From the NCBI GenBank assembly GCA_965652295.1, contig CBFGTS010000017.1, positions 32,769 through 96,768 on the forward strand: a stretch of DNA of 64,000 bases, written 5' to 3'. This stretch comes from an uncultured Haloferula sp. Lineage in GTDB: Bacteria > Verrucomicrobiota > Verrucomicrobiia > Verrucomicrobiales > Akkermansiaceae. Positions 1 through 8,334 of this stretch are shown in pieces; position 1 is the first letter of the stretch; each line of letters begins with the position of its first letter. Both the position numbers and the translations under genes were made by a program. The notes under the pieces are model-generated. The model worked only from the letters and a program-made list of their open reading frames with translations, was not told the origin of the DNA and did not search any database.

Positions 1-594
1 GCAAACGGTGCCATCGCAGCCGCGGGCGGTGCAGAACTCCCGGCCATAAAAAATGATCCGCAGGTGGAGCGCGTTCCAGTGCTCCCGCGGAAACAGTTTC
101 TTGAGGTCGCGCTCCGTTTGCTCGACCGATTTCCCCGAGGTCAGCTCCCAGCGCTGGGCCAGGCGGTGGATGTGGGTGTCCACCGGAAACGCCGGCACGC
201 CGAAAGCCTGCGCCATCACCACCGAGGCCGTCTTGTGGCCCACGCCCGGCAGCGCCTCCAGCGCCGCGAAATCGGCCGGCACCTCGCCGCCGTGCTCCTC
301 GATGAGGATTTGAGACAGCTTCGAGATCGCCGCCGCTTTCCGCGGGGAAAGCCCGCACGGGCGGATGATCCCCTGGATCACCTCCACCGGCACCTCCGCC
401 ATCGCCTCGGGGGTGTCCGCGATCTCAAACAGCGCCGGCGTGATCTGGTTGACCCGGACGTCGGTGCACTGGGCGGAGAGCAGCACCGCGATCAGCAGCG
501 TGTACGGATCCCGATGATCGAGTGGAATGGGGGTCTCCGGGTAAAGCGCGGCGAGGCGCTGGTCGATGGTGGCGGCGCGTTCGACGCGGGTCAT
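1..594 (-). CDS. nth: endonuclease III (3' end runs off the window)
   Basis: Manual translation from the ATG at 594 gives MTRVERAATIDQRLAALYPETPIPLDHRDPYTLLIAVLLSAQCTDVRVN (the LSAQxTD motif) and a Cys cluster near the window edge. Not in the ORF track because no stop lies inside the window. Confidence 0.92.
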   Translation of the reverse strand, partial: MTRVERAATIDQRLAALYPETPIPLDHRDPYTLLIAVLLSAQCTDVRVNQITPALFEIADTPEAMAEVPVEVIQGIIRPCGLSPRKAAAISKLSQILIEEHGGEVPADFAALEALPGVGHKTASVVMAQAFGVPAFPVDTHIHRLAQRWELTSGKSVEQTERDLKKLFPREHWNALHLRIIFYGREFCTARGCDGTVC

Positions 595-699
595 GGCGGG
601 AGGCTAGGGGTGGGAGCCGTCACCGGCAAAGCCGCGAATCATCTGTCAGTGGCCTGACCGCGTGCCCCGATGAGTCGGCGGTCCCGGTCATGGACCCAA

Positions 700-885
700 G
701 GCTCCTACATTTGGGAGGGAGCCGGGCTCTGCTTGGAACAAAATGGTTTTCGGGACCAGGATGGATGGGATGAATAGGATGGAAATGCAGGGGACCCGCA
801 TCCGGCAGCCTCATAATATCTCATCCATCCTATCCATCCTGGTCCACCAACAGCCAGTGGTCCTCGTTTTCCCAACGTAGGAGCC
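700..885. repeat. nested inverted-repeat (REP/REPIN-like) intergenic element
   Basis: Outer arms ggctcctacatttggga (700-716) and tcccaacgtaggagcc (870-885). Inner arms ggaccaggatggatgggatga (753-) and tcatccatcctatccatcctggtcc (821-845). Confidence 0.7.
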
Positions 886-950
886 CTGGTCAGGGACCCC
901 AGATGCCCGGATTGACAACCGCCTCTTCACGGCCAGAACGGACGTGTCTC

Positions 951-1403
951 CTACGCCGCACGCTTGCGGCGACGCGGGCGGATTGGGCGCGGCTTGTCCG
1001 GGTGGTCGTCACCCGTGTCCGGGTTCCACCAGCCGGGCTCAAGTGGGGGCAGGCCATGCGCCGCCCGGGCGCGATCGCAGTCGGCGTTATGCACCCCGTT
1101 TTCCCAGGACGCGGTGAAATCCCGGCACGGCGACGAGCGCGCCGGATGGATCGAACAGAAGACCGCCTCGCCCAACACCCCCTTCAAGGCCACGCAGCGC
1201 GCCGGCTTCGAGAGCGTTCCCAGCATCGCCAACCGGTGCGGGGTCACCGGCGAGGTCATTTCCTCCGGCACGCCCTGCGGTTTGCCCGCGGTCGATTCCG
1301 CCCAGTGGAAGGAGACGCGGAAGAACGCGCAGCACGCCCCGCAGGCCAAGCACGGATTCGCCGCTTGGATGGGAACGATGGGCGACGTGGAAATCTCCGG
1401 CAT
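951..1403 (-). CDS. YkgJ-family cysteine-cluster (Zn/Fe-chelating) protein
   Basis: NPCLACGACCAFFRVSFHWAE, RCVAL and CSIHPARSSPCRDF motifs. Start placed at MPEIST. Confidence 0.85.
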   Translation of the reverse strand: MPEISTSPIVPIQAANPCLACGACCAFFRVSFHWAESTAGKPQGVPEEMTSPVTPHRLAMLGTLSKPARCVALKGVLGEAVFCSIHPARSSPCRDFTASWENGVHNADCDRARAAHGLPPLEPGWWNPDTGDDHPDKPRPIRPRRRKRAA

Positions 1404-1643
1404 GCAACGAGTCGCGCGACTCCCTAGCCGGACCGCGGCACAAAGCAAGCGTGGTGAGATCATCCAGCCCCGCAGGGCGATCAAGCCCGGGAAAGGGTTG
1501 GGCGAGCGCCCGGCAGGAGTGGCGAGTGATGAGGAAAAGGGAAAAAGTAGCGGAGCATGGAAAAACGATCACTGGTTTGAGCTGCAGGCAGTCAGACCCA
1601 GTAACCCTGCCTGGCTTTTATGGGGGGATTCTGGCTCATGACT

Positions 1644-1895
1644 CTACGCATCCCATTTAAAGCCGAGGATCGAGGCGCAGCGTCCATCGACGAGTTCGGC
1701 GATGGCATCGCTACCGGAGAGTTTGTCCCGAAGAGACCGGGTTTGCTTCCGTGCCTTGGTGGACATGGCCCTCATCCTCTGGATAGCCATGGCAGGCCCC
1801 AACTCCGCCTCACCGAATAATGAGATCCAGTGCTTGGCATCCACGCGGACCGCTTCCCTTTCGCCACCGATCTTCATCGTCCTTTTATCACTTTG
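1644..1895 (-). pseudogene. possible C-terminal fragment of a HipA-family kinase toxin
   Basis: DKRTMKIGGEREAVRVDAKHWISLFGEAELGPAMAIQRMRAM resembles the MKIGG...HW..F..A.L.P C-terminal segment of HipA proteins. No kinase core is found upstream. Confidence 0.45.
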
Positions 1896-1930
1896 ACCGC
1901 CGGACCCTGCGGCACCTATTCTCCCACGCC

Positions 1931-2383
1931 ATGCTGCTGGAATTCCTGAAGCGGGCTTGGCGGCCTTATTTTGCAAGTGTCGCATCGGTTTCGGTGATGT
2001 TGGGAATCGTGTTTATGGTGACGTTGGGCATCGTGGATGTGCTGGGTCTGCCCATGCTTGTAGTAGCAAATATGATGATTGCCGCGCCGGTCATGCTGTT
2101 TCTTGGAATGCCGGCCGCCTACTGGGCGTGGCACAAGCAGCAGCGGAGGGCGGTATCCTTCAGTCACCTCGGGGCAGGGACATTGGGTTTCGGAGCGGGA
2201 TTCCTGCTCCATTTTGCCTTTCTAATGTGCTTGGGCGGATTCCTTCTGCCGCTTGAGGTCGTGTGGTGGACGATTCTTTGCGGGGGGGCCTACGGAGCTG
2301 TATTCGCGTTTCTCTTCTCCTACCTCGGTGGTCTCCGGCTTGTAAAAGACGAACCGGGCCTGGAGAGCATTCGTCCTTCTTGA
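1931..2383 (+). CDS. hypothetical membrane protein (about 4 TM)
   Basis: Hydrophobic ORF with somewhat lower GC than its neighbours. Start placed at MLLEFL. Confidence 0.6.
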   Translation: MLLEFLKRAWRPYFASVASVSVMLGIVFMVTLGIVDVLGLPMLVVANMMIAAPVMLFLGMPAAYWAWHKQQRRAVSFSHLGAGTLGFGAGFLLHFAFLMCLGGFLLPLEVVWWTILCGGAYGAVFAFLFSYLGGLRLVKDEPGLESIRPS

Positions 2384-2499
2384 GCTTCTTTCCCGTCGTC
2401 CCACCGAACCCCGTCGGTTTCGGTCATTCGACGGCAAACAGGAATTTCTCCGAAAACTTCCAATAGCGTCCCCCATGCCTCCCGCGCCACCTTCCGCGC

Positions 2500-3573
2500 A
2501 TGATATGGCCGTGGGTGATTTTTCTCGGGTTCGTGTTCGCGATGTTGGCTCTCGATCTGGGCGTCTTCCATCGGAAGTCCCACGTCATCGGCTTCAAGGA
2601 ATCGCTCGGCTGGTCGGCCATCTGGATCACGCTGGGCCTCGCGTTCTCGATCCTCGTTTACCACGCCTACGAGAACCATTGGTTCGGCCTCGGCGGCCGG
2701 GTGGACGCGGTGGACGGCATGATCAACAACGGCAAGCTGGCCGCGACGAAGTACCTCACGGGGTACGTGGTGGAGAAATCGCTGAGCGTGGACAACATCT
2801 TCGTCATCGCGATGATCTTCGGCTCGCTCTCGGTCCCCGCACGCTATCAGCACCGGGTGCTGTTCTGGGGCATCATCGGCGCTCTGGTGCTCCGCGGCGG
2901 CATGATTGGCATCGGCGCGGCGCTGGTACAGAATTTCCACTGGGTGCTCTATCTGTTCGGCGCCTTCCTGATCCTCACCGCGCTGAAGATGTTGTTCATG
3001 CGGGAAAAGGCGGAGCACCCGGAAAACAACCCGGTCGTCCGCTACCTGAAACGCCATTTCCCGATCACCCGGAACTACCACGGCGAGCACTTCATGGTCA
3101 CCGCCGGCAGCATGCAATCGCGCGAGGCGACGGAACCGGGTGCCGCGGTCGAGACCGATCCGGTGGTGGAAGCCGCGCCCGCGGGCAAGCACCTGCTCAC
3201 GCCGCTGGCGGTCGCCCTGATCCTCGTCGAGCTCACGGACGTGATCTTCGCCGTTGACTCCATCCCGGCCATTTTCGCCATCACGGCGGATCCGTTCCTG
3301 GTCTTCACCAGCAATGTCTTCGCCATCCTCGGGCTGCGCTCGCTCTACTTCGCGCTCGCCGGGATGATCATGAAGTTCCGCTACCTGAAGCCCGCGCTCT
3401 CGCTCGTGCTGCTGCTGGTGGGCGTGAAAATGCTGGCCAGCCACCCGCTCCGCGAATGGCTCGGGGATTCCTTCAATCTCATCGTGCTCGCGGTGATCCT
3501 CGCGATCCTCGCCACCGGCGTGCTCACCTCCCTGATGTTGGCGCGGAGAGACGAGAAACCGTCACCCCGGTAG
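2500..3573 (+). CDS. TerC/Alx family membrane protein
   Basis: YVVEKSLSVDNIFV, DVIFAVDSIPA and NVFAILGLRSLYF signatures. Confidence 0.93.
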   Translation: MIWPWVIFLGFVFAMLALDLGVFHRKSHVIGFKESLGWSAIWITLGLAFSILVYHAYENHWFGLGGRVDAVDGMINNGKLAATKYLTGYVVEKSLSVDNIFVIAMIFGSLSVPARYQHRVLFWGIIGALVLRGGMIGIGAALVQNFHWVLYLFGAFLILTALKMLFMREKAEHPENNPVVRYLKRHFPITRNYHGEHFMVTAGSMQSREATEPGAAVETDPVVEAAPAGKHLLTPLAVALILVELTDVIFAVDSIPAIFAITADPFLVFTSNVFAILGLRSLYFALAGMIMKFRYLKPALSLVLLLVGVKMLASHPLREWLGDSFNLIVLAVILAILATGVLTSLMLARRDEKPSPR

Positions 3574-3912
3574 CCAGGAGCGGTTGGCGGCGACGAAGCG
3601 GTAGGCGGCCTCGGCCACCGCGCGGAAACACCGCGAGCGCCGGTAGAGCGCGAGCAGCCGCCGCGCTCGACCTGCGCAGGCGAGGGCTTGCAGGACGGCG
3701 TGGGCGGCATGAAAGACGCGGCCATCGGGCATGACGAGCTGCACCGCGCGAGTGCACTGCTCGGCGGTGAGTTGGGGAAAATCTCCGATCACTTCCTGAT
3801 AGGGATGGTAAGCCACGGCCTCGCCGGTCACTTTTTTCCACCGGCGGATCCAGCGACCGCAGAATCCACAGTCGCCATCCCAGAGCATCGTCGGTCGGTC
3901 GGGGGTCGTCAT
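3562..3912 (-). CDS. DCC1-like thiol-disulfide oxidoreductase (DUF393)
   Basis: LWDGDCGFC motif and YRFVAANR tail. Its start overlaps the stop of the upstream LMF gene. Confidence 0.88.
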   Translation of the reverse strand: MTTPDRPTMLWDGDCGFCGRWIRRWKKVTGEAVAYHPYQEVIGDFPQLTAEQCTRAVQLVMPDGRVFHAAHAVLQALACAGRARRLLALYRRSRCFRAVAEAAYRFVAANRSWLPG

Positions 3913-5372
3913 CGTTTCGGGCGCAGCCGCGCGGGTGGAAGGTAGTCATCGAGGTAGCTCCGCGTCCACACCCGGCCGGTCTCGCGACGTTCGGCGCGGG
4001 TGGTGAAGCGGTAGAGGAAATAGCGCGCCCGGATGAAGACCGGCGGCGCGTCGGGAAACGGGTTCGTCTTGAGCAGGCGCAGCACGGCGCGATCCCCCTC
4101 CAGCAGCTTGCCGATGAATGCGAGGAACCACGTTTCCTCCCGCATCACCGCGATCCCGCGCGGCGTCACCCTCACGGAAAACGGCAGGAACCACATCAGC
4201 CAGTCGAGCCGCAGATGGTAGGGCGCGATCACCGGCGGGATGCGATCGAGCCGACCGGGCTTGGCCTTGAACTCGTACGGCAGCCACTCCGCCGCGGGAT
4301 CGTCCGCCACTTCGGCGCGGGTACCTTCGATCACGATCTCGTAACGTTTTTCCGTGACGGTTCCGAACGCGCCGTAGGCATTCACGAGGTGCCAGCGGTT
4401 CCAACAGTAATTCATGAGCTGGCGGCTTGAGCACAGGTTGCGCGCGGGGGAAATGCTGAGGTAAACGGTCCACCCGGCCAGTAGGGCCAGAGCCATGTCC
4501 CACGCGAAAGGTCGCGGAGCCAGCGCGGCGGGTGGGTCCAGCGGCGTGATACCCGCCAGCCACGCGCCGGGCAGGGCGGTGGAGGCCAGCACCACGGTCA
4601 GCCAGTTCAGCCACCCGTAGTTCCCCGCGACGATCAGCAGAAGCTGGTGCAGGATGATCAGCCCTGCCGCGATCCCCGCCGCCGGCTGCGGCAGGAACAG
4701 GCCGAACGGGGCTACGATCTGCACGGCGTGGCTGAACACCACGCCACCGCGCAGCGCCGACCGCGGAAGCTGGTGGAGCAGACGGCTCAGCGGGTTCGGC
4801 AGCGGCTGGGTTTCGTGATGAAAAAACAGCGCCGTGCGGTCACGCCAGGTGCCGCCAGCCCGCAGCTTGATCAGGCCTGCACCGACCTCCACGCGGAACA
4901 GCATCCAGCGCAGGATCAGCAGCGGCAGGATCGATGGTTCCATCCATTCCGGACCCAGGAACGCGGCGAAGAACCCGGCCTCCAGCAGCATCGATTCCCA
5001 GCCGAAGCTGTAGAAGGTCTGCCCGACATTCACGATCGAGAGATAGAGGAACCACACCGCCAGCCACGCGATCATCGCCACACCCAGCGGGGCGGCCGAA
5101 AATGCGCCGAGCGCGAGCGCCAGGGAAATCGCGATCCCGATCCAGGCGACGAGCCGCAGCAGCCCATCGGAGTATCGCCCATGGAAAAGCGAGGGCGCTT
5201 CGCGGAAACGCCGGTGTTTCAAAAACTCCGGAGCCGGCAGCAGCCCGCGCTCGCCGAGGAGCGCCGGGAACTGGTTGAGCGCGGAGAGAAAGGCGAGGAC
5301 ATACAGGACCCCCAGCCCGCGCTCGAACCAGAAGCGGGCATGCCATGCATCGGGTGCCGACAGGAAATCCAT
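3909..5372 (-). CDS. lipase maturation factor (LMF1) family membrane protein
   Basis: FYSFGWESMLLEAGF, ETQPLPNP, GNYGWLNWLT, YGAFG and PYHLRLDWLMWF motifs. Start at MDFLS. Confidence 0.92.
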   Translation of the reverse strand: MDFLSAPDAWHARFWFERGLGVLYVLAFLSALNQFPALLGERGLLPAPEFLKHRRFREAPSLFHGRYSDGLLRLVAWIGIAISLALALGAFSAAPLGVAMIAWLAVWFLYLSIVNVGQTFYSFGWESMLLEAGFFAAFLGPEWMEPSILPLLILRWMLFRVEVGAGLIKLRAGGTWRDRTALFFHHETQPLPNPLSRLLHQLPRSALRGGVVFSHAVQIVAPFGLFLPQPAAGIAAGLIILHQLLLIVAGNYGWLNWLTVVLASTALPGAWLAGITPLDPPAALAPRPFAWDMALALLAGWTVYLSISPARNLCSSRQLMNYCWNRWHLVNAYGAFGTVTEKRYEIVIEGTRAEVADDPAAEWLPYEFKAKPGRLDRIPPVIAPYHLRLDWLMWFLPFSVRVTPRGIAVMREETWFLAFIGKLLEGDRAVLRLLKTNPFPDAPPVFIRARYFLYRFTTRAERRETGRVWTRSYLDDYLPPARLRPKR

Positions 5373-5436
5373 GAGCCCCCACGGTAACACCCCGCGGTGT
5401 CTTGCCAAATCGTGGACGACCCGCAGAGTGAGCCGG

Positions 5437-6963
5437 ATGAAAGCCGCAGCGTGGATCTGGATCGGGCTTCTGACCGTCACGCTGGTGCTGGCATTCACGG
5501 GTCCCGGTGCGGGCTGGATCGCCTGCTGGCCGGCGGTGGTGGCGCTGGGCGTGATCGTGACCACCCGGCACGCCGCGGCCGGGCTGGCAGCGGGGGTGGT
5601 GGCCGGGTCGTTGCTGCTCGCGGGCGGGCGACCGGTCGAGGCGCTGCGGATCGGCCTCGGCGGGCATCTGTTTCCCTCGCTGGAGGGCTCCTGGCACATT
5701 GGCGCGCTGGTCTTCACCTTGTTGCTCGGAGCCTTCGCCGGGGTGCTCGAATCCTCCGGAGGTTTCGACGCCCTGCTGCGGCGGATGCTCCGCGGCGGCA
5801 CGGCCGACCGACGTGTACTAGGCTCGACGTATTTGCTCGGGCTGCTGTGTTTCTTCGATGGCCTCGCCAACAGCCTGCTGATGGGCCGCATCGCCCGCCC
5901 GGCCGCCGACCGTGCCGGAGTTTCGCGGGAAAAACTGGCGTGGGTCGTCGATTCCACCAGCTCTCCGGTCGCCTGCGTGGCCTTCATTTCCACCTGGATC
6001 GCCACCCAGCTCACCCTGATCGGCGACAGCCTTCCCGGCGCGGATCCCTATGCGCTCTACTTCCAGTCCATCCCCGGAAATCCCTACTGCGTGCTGACGC
6101 TGGTACTGGTCCCGGCGGCGATTTTCCTGCGCTGGGAACCCGGCCCGATGAGGCGTGCGCGGCCGGCCCCCGCAGAGATGGACCCCCCCGGCCCCGCGCA
6201 CGCCACCGGCATCTGGCGCGCCCTTGTGCCGCTGGGAGTGCTGGCGGTTTCGATCGCGCTCGGCTTCCAGTTGTTCTCGGGAAATGAAGTGCGGCTGTTC
6301 TCGCTGGCCGCTTGGCGGGAGGCCGCCTCGGGCTTGGCCGGGCCGGTCGCGTTGGTCGCCGGTGCGGGGGCCGGCCTGCTCGCCGCGTTCGCCTGCCATC
6401 CGCGCGACGGACGCGCCGGGGCAGCGGCCGTGACCGGCGCGGCGGGCCTGCTGCCCGCGCTCGTGATCCTGGTGCTGGCGTGGACTCTGGGAAGTGTGTT
6501 CGAGGCGATGGGCGCGGCCGAATCACTGCAAACGCTGCTCGGAGAACGGGTCGCCTCCGCCTGGTTGCCGCTGGCGGTTTTCGGCACAGCGGCGTTGACG
6601 GCTTTCGCCACTGGCTCGTCGTGGGGAACCATGGCGCTCGTCATGCCGCTCGCGCTGGGCCTGGCCGGGGCGGCCTCTGATCTCGATCCCGCGCTGCTGC
6701 CCGCGATCATTGGGGCGGTCTTCGGCGGCGCGGTGTTCGGTGATCACGCCAGCCCGTTTTCCGACACCACCATCGTCAGCGCGCTGGCCTCCGGCTGCGA
6801 ACCGGTCGCCCATGTCATCACGCAACTGCCCTACGCCCTCACCGCGGCGGGCGCGGCGGCGGCGGTCTATGCGGCGATCGCGCTCGGGCTGCCTTCGGGG
6901 ATCGCCACCGCGGGTGCCAGCGTGCTGCTCGTCGGTGGGATTGCTCTGGGATCAAGGAAATAA
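5437..6963 (+). CDS. Na+/H+ antiporter NhaC family transporter
   Basis: FFDGLAN, SREKLAWVVDSTSSP, TGSSWGT and GDHASPFSDTTIVSA motifs. Confidence 0.85.
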   Translation: MKAAAWIWIGLLTVTLVLAFTGPGAGWIACWPAVVALGVIVTTRHAAAGLAAGVVAGSLLLAGGRPVEALRIGLGGHLFPSLEGSWHIGALVFTLLLGAFAGVLESSGGFDALLRRMLRGGTADRRVLGSTYLLGLLCFFDGLANSLLMGRIARPAADRAGVSREKLAWVVDSTSSPVACVAFISTWIATQLTLIGDSLPGADPYALYFQSIPGNPYCVLTLVLVPAAIFLRWEPGPMRRARPAPAEMDPPGPAHATGIWRALVPLGVLAVSIALGFQLFSGNEVRLFSLAAWREAASGLAGPVALVAGAGAGLLAAFACHPRDGRAGAAAVTGAAGLLPALVILVLAWTLGSVFEAMGAAESLQTLLGERVASAWLPLAVFGTAALTAFATGSSWGTMALVMPLALGLAGAASDLDPALLPAIIGAVFGGAVFGDHASPFSDTTIVSALASGCEPVAHVITQLPYALTAAGAAAAVYAAIALGLPSGIATAGASVLLVGGIALGSRK

Positions 6964-8214
6964 CCCGCGCTGGGCTTTGACGTCGGAGACGGTTTTGACC
7001 GCCAGCGCCTGGGCGGCGGTGCGGACGGTCAGCTTGAAGCGATCCGCGAACTGGAGGACGCGTGCGAAGGCGGTCTCAAGCTGCGTTTCGAGGCGCGAGA
7101 TCACCTCCCGCTCGGTCCATTGGTAGCGCTGGAGGTTCTGCACCCACTCGAAGTAGGAAACGGTGACGCCGCCGGCATTGCACAGCACATCGGGGATGAT
7201 GAAGACGTCGCCGCGCTCCGCGAGGATCGCATCCGCCTCGGGTGTGGTCGGGCCGTTGGCACCCTCGGCCAGCACCTTGCAGCGGAGCTTCAGGGCGTTG
7301 TCCCGGGTGATCACCTGACCGGCCGCGGCGGGGGCCAGGATGTCACATTCCTGCCAGAGCATTTCCTCCGCATCGATACGATCGCCGCCGTCGAAATCCT
7401 CGACTCCGCCGGTGGTGCGGACGTAATTCGCGAGCTTCGTCAGGTCGAGGCCCGCCTCATTCCAAACCGCTCCGGTGATATCGGCCACACCGCGCACCTT
7501 CACGCCGTATGAGGCCAGCGTGAGCGCGGTGTGCAGGCCGACGTTTCCGAAGCCCTGGACGATCGCGCTCGCCTGGCGGATCGGCACGCCGAGCTTGTCG
7601 AGCGCGCGGGAGGCGAGGAAGGCGACGCCGTGGCCGGTGGCGCGCGTGCGTCCGGCGGAGCCCTGAAGGTTCAGCGGCTTGCCGGTGACAATGCCCGGAA
7701 CGAGGTGGCCGGCGTGGGTCGAATAGGTATCGAGCATCCACGCCATCGTCTGCTCGTTGGTGCCCATGTCGGGCGCCATCACGTCGATGTTCTCGCCGAT
7801 GAAGGGGATCATCTCCATGGTGAAGCGGCGGGTGATCCGCTCCAGCTCGGCGATGGACAAAGTACGAGGGTCGCAGTTGATGCCGCCTTTGCCGCCGCCG
7901 AAGGGCAGGTTCATGAGCGCGCACTTCCAGTTCATCCACATGGCCAGCGCGGCAACCTCGCCGAGATCGACGTCCGGGCTGTAGCGCAGGCCACCTTTCA
8001 CGGGGCCGCGGGTCAGGTGGTGCTGCACACGGTGGCCGAAGTAGACCCGCGTCGAGCCATCGTCGTGGCGCACCGGCACGGTCACGGTGATGAGCCGCTT
8101 CGGCCACTTGCAGCGCTCGCGGAGTTCGTCGTTGAGTTCGAGGAAATCGGCCACCTGGTCGAACTGGGTCGAGGCCATGGCGAACATGGAGTTTTTGAGG
8201 AGTTCGGTCCGCAT
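6952..8214 (-). CDS. gdhA: Glu/Leu/Phe/Val dehydrogenase (glutamate dehydrogenase)
   Basis: GPVKGGLRY, GGGKGG, APDMGT, QGFGNVG, EGANGP and NAGGVTVSYFEW motifs. Confidence 0.92.
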   Translation of the reverse strand: MRTELLKNSMFAMASTQFDQVADFLELNDELRERCKWPKRLITVTVPVRHDDGSTRVYFGHRVQHHLTRGPVKGGLRYSPDVDLGEVAALAMWMNWKCALMNLPFGGGKGGINCDPRTLSIAELERITRRFTMEMIPFIGENIDVMAPDMGTNEQTMAWMLDTYSTHAGHLVPGIVTGKPLNLQGSAGRTRATGHGVAFLASRALDKLGVPIRQASAIVQGFGNVGLHTALTLASYGVKVRGVADITGAVWNEAGLDLTKLANYVRTTGGVEDFDGGDRIDAEEMLWQECDILAPAAAGQVITRDNALKLRCKVLAEGANGPTTPEADAILAERGDVFIIPDVLCNAGGVTVSYFEWVQNLQRYQWTEREVISRLETQLETAFARVLQFADRFKLTVRTAAQALAVKTVSDVKAQRGLFP

Positions 8215-8334
8215 GGTGGAGGCATAGACGCGTCTGCGGAGGATCGCGAGGGATTTGAGGGTCTGTGTGCACAGCCCGGAATTTGCCCTGCTTCAATAAA
8301 CCTCGGCCCGGAAACGGAGGTAGCTCTCCGACCC

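Noticed and set aside
1..40. Non-canonical Cys spacing (CTARGCDGTVC) in endonuclease III
   Set aside because: The motif is cut by the window edge, so it cannot be evaluated, and spacing variants are plausible.
2384..2499. Possible yybP-ykoY riboswitch upstream of the TerC/Alx gene
   Set aside because: I could not recognise the conserved motifs. An Rfam covariance search would be needed.
7531..8334. N-terminal extension of the 1157-aa ORF
   Set aside because: It is the antisense shadow of gdhA. The GH92 gene starts at 8335 with a signal peptide.
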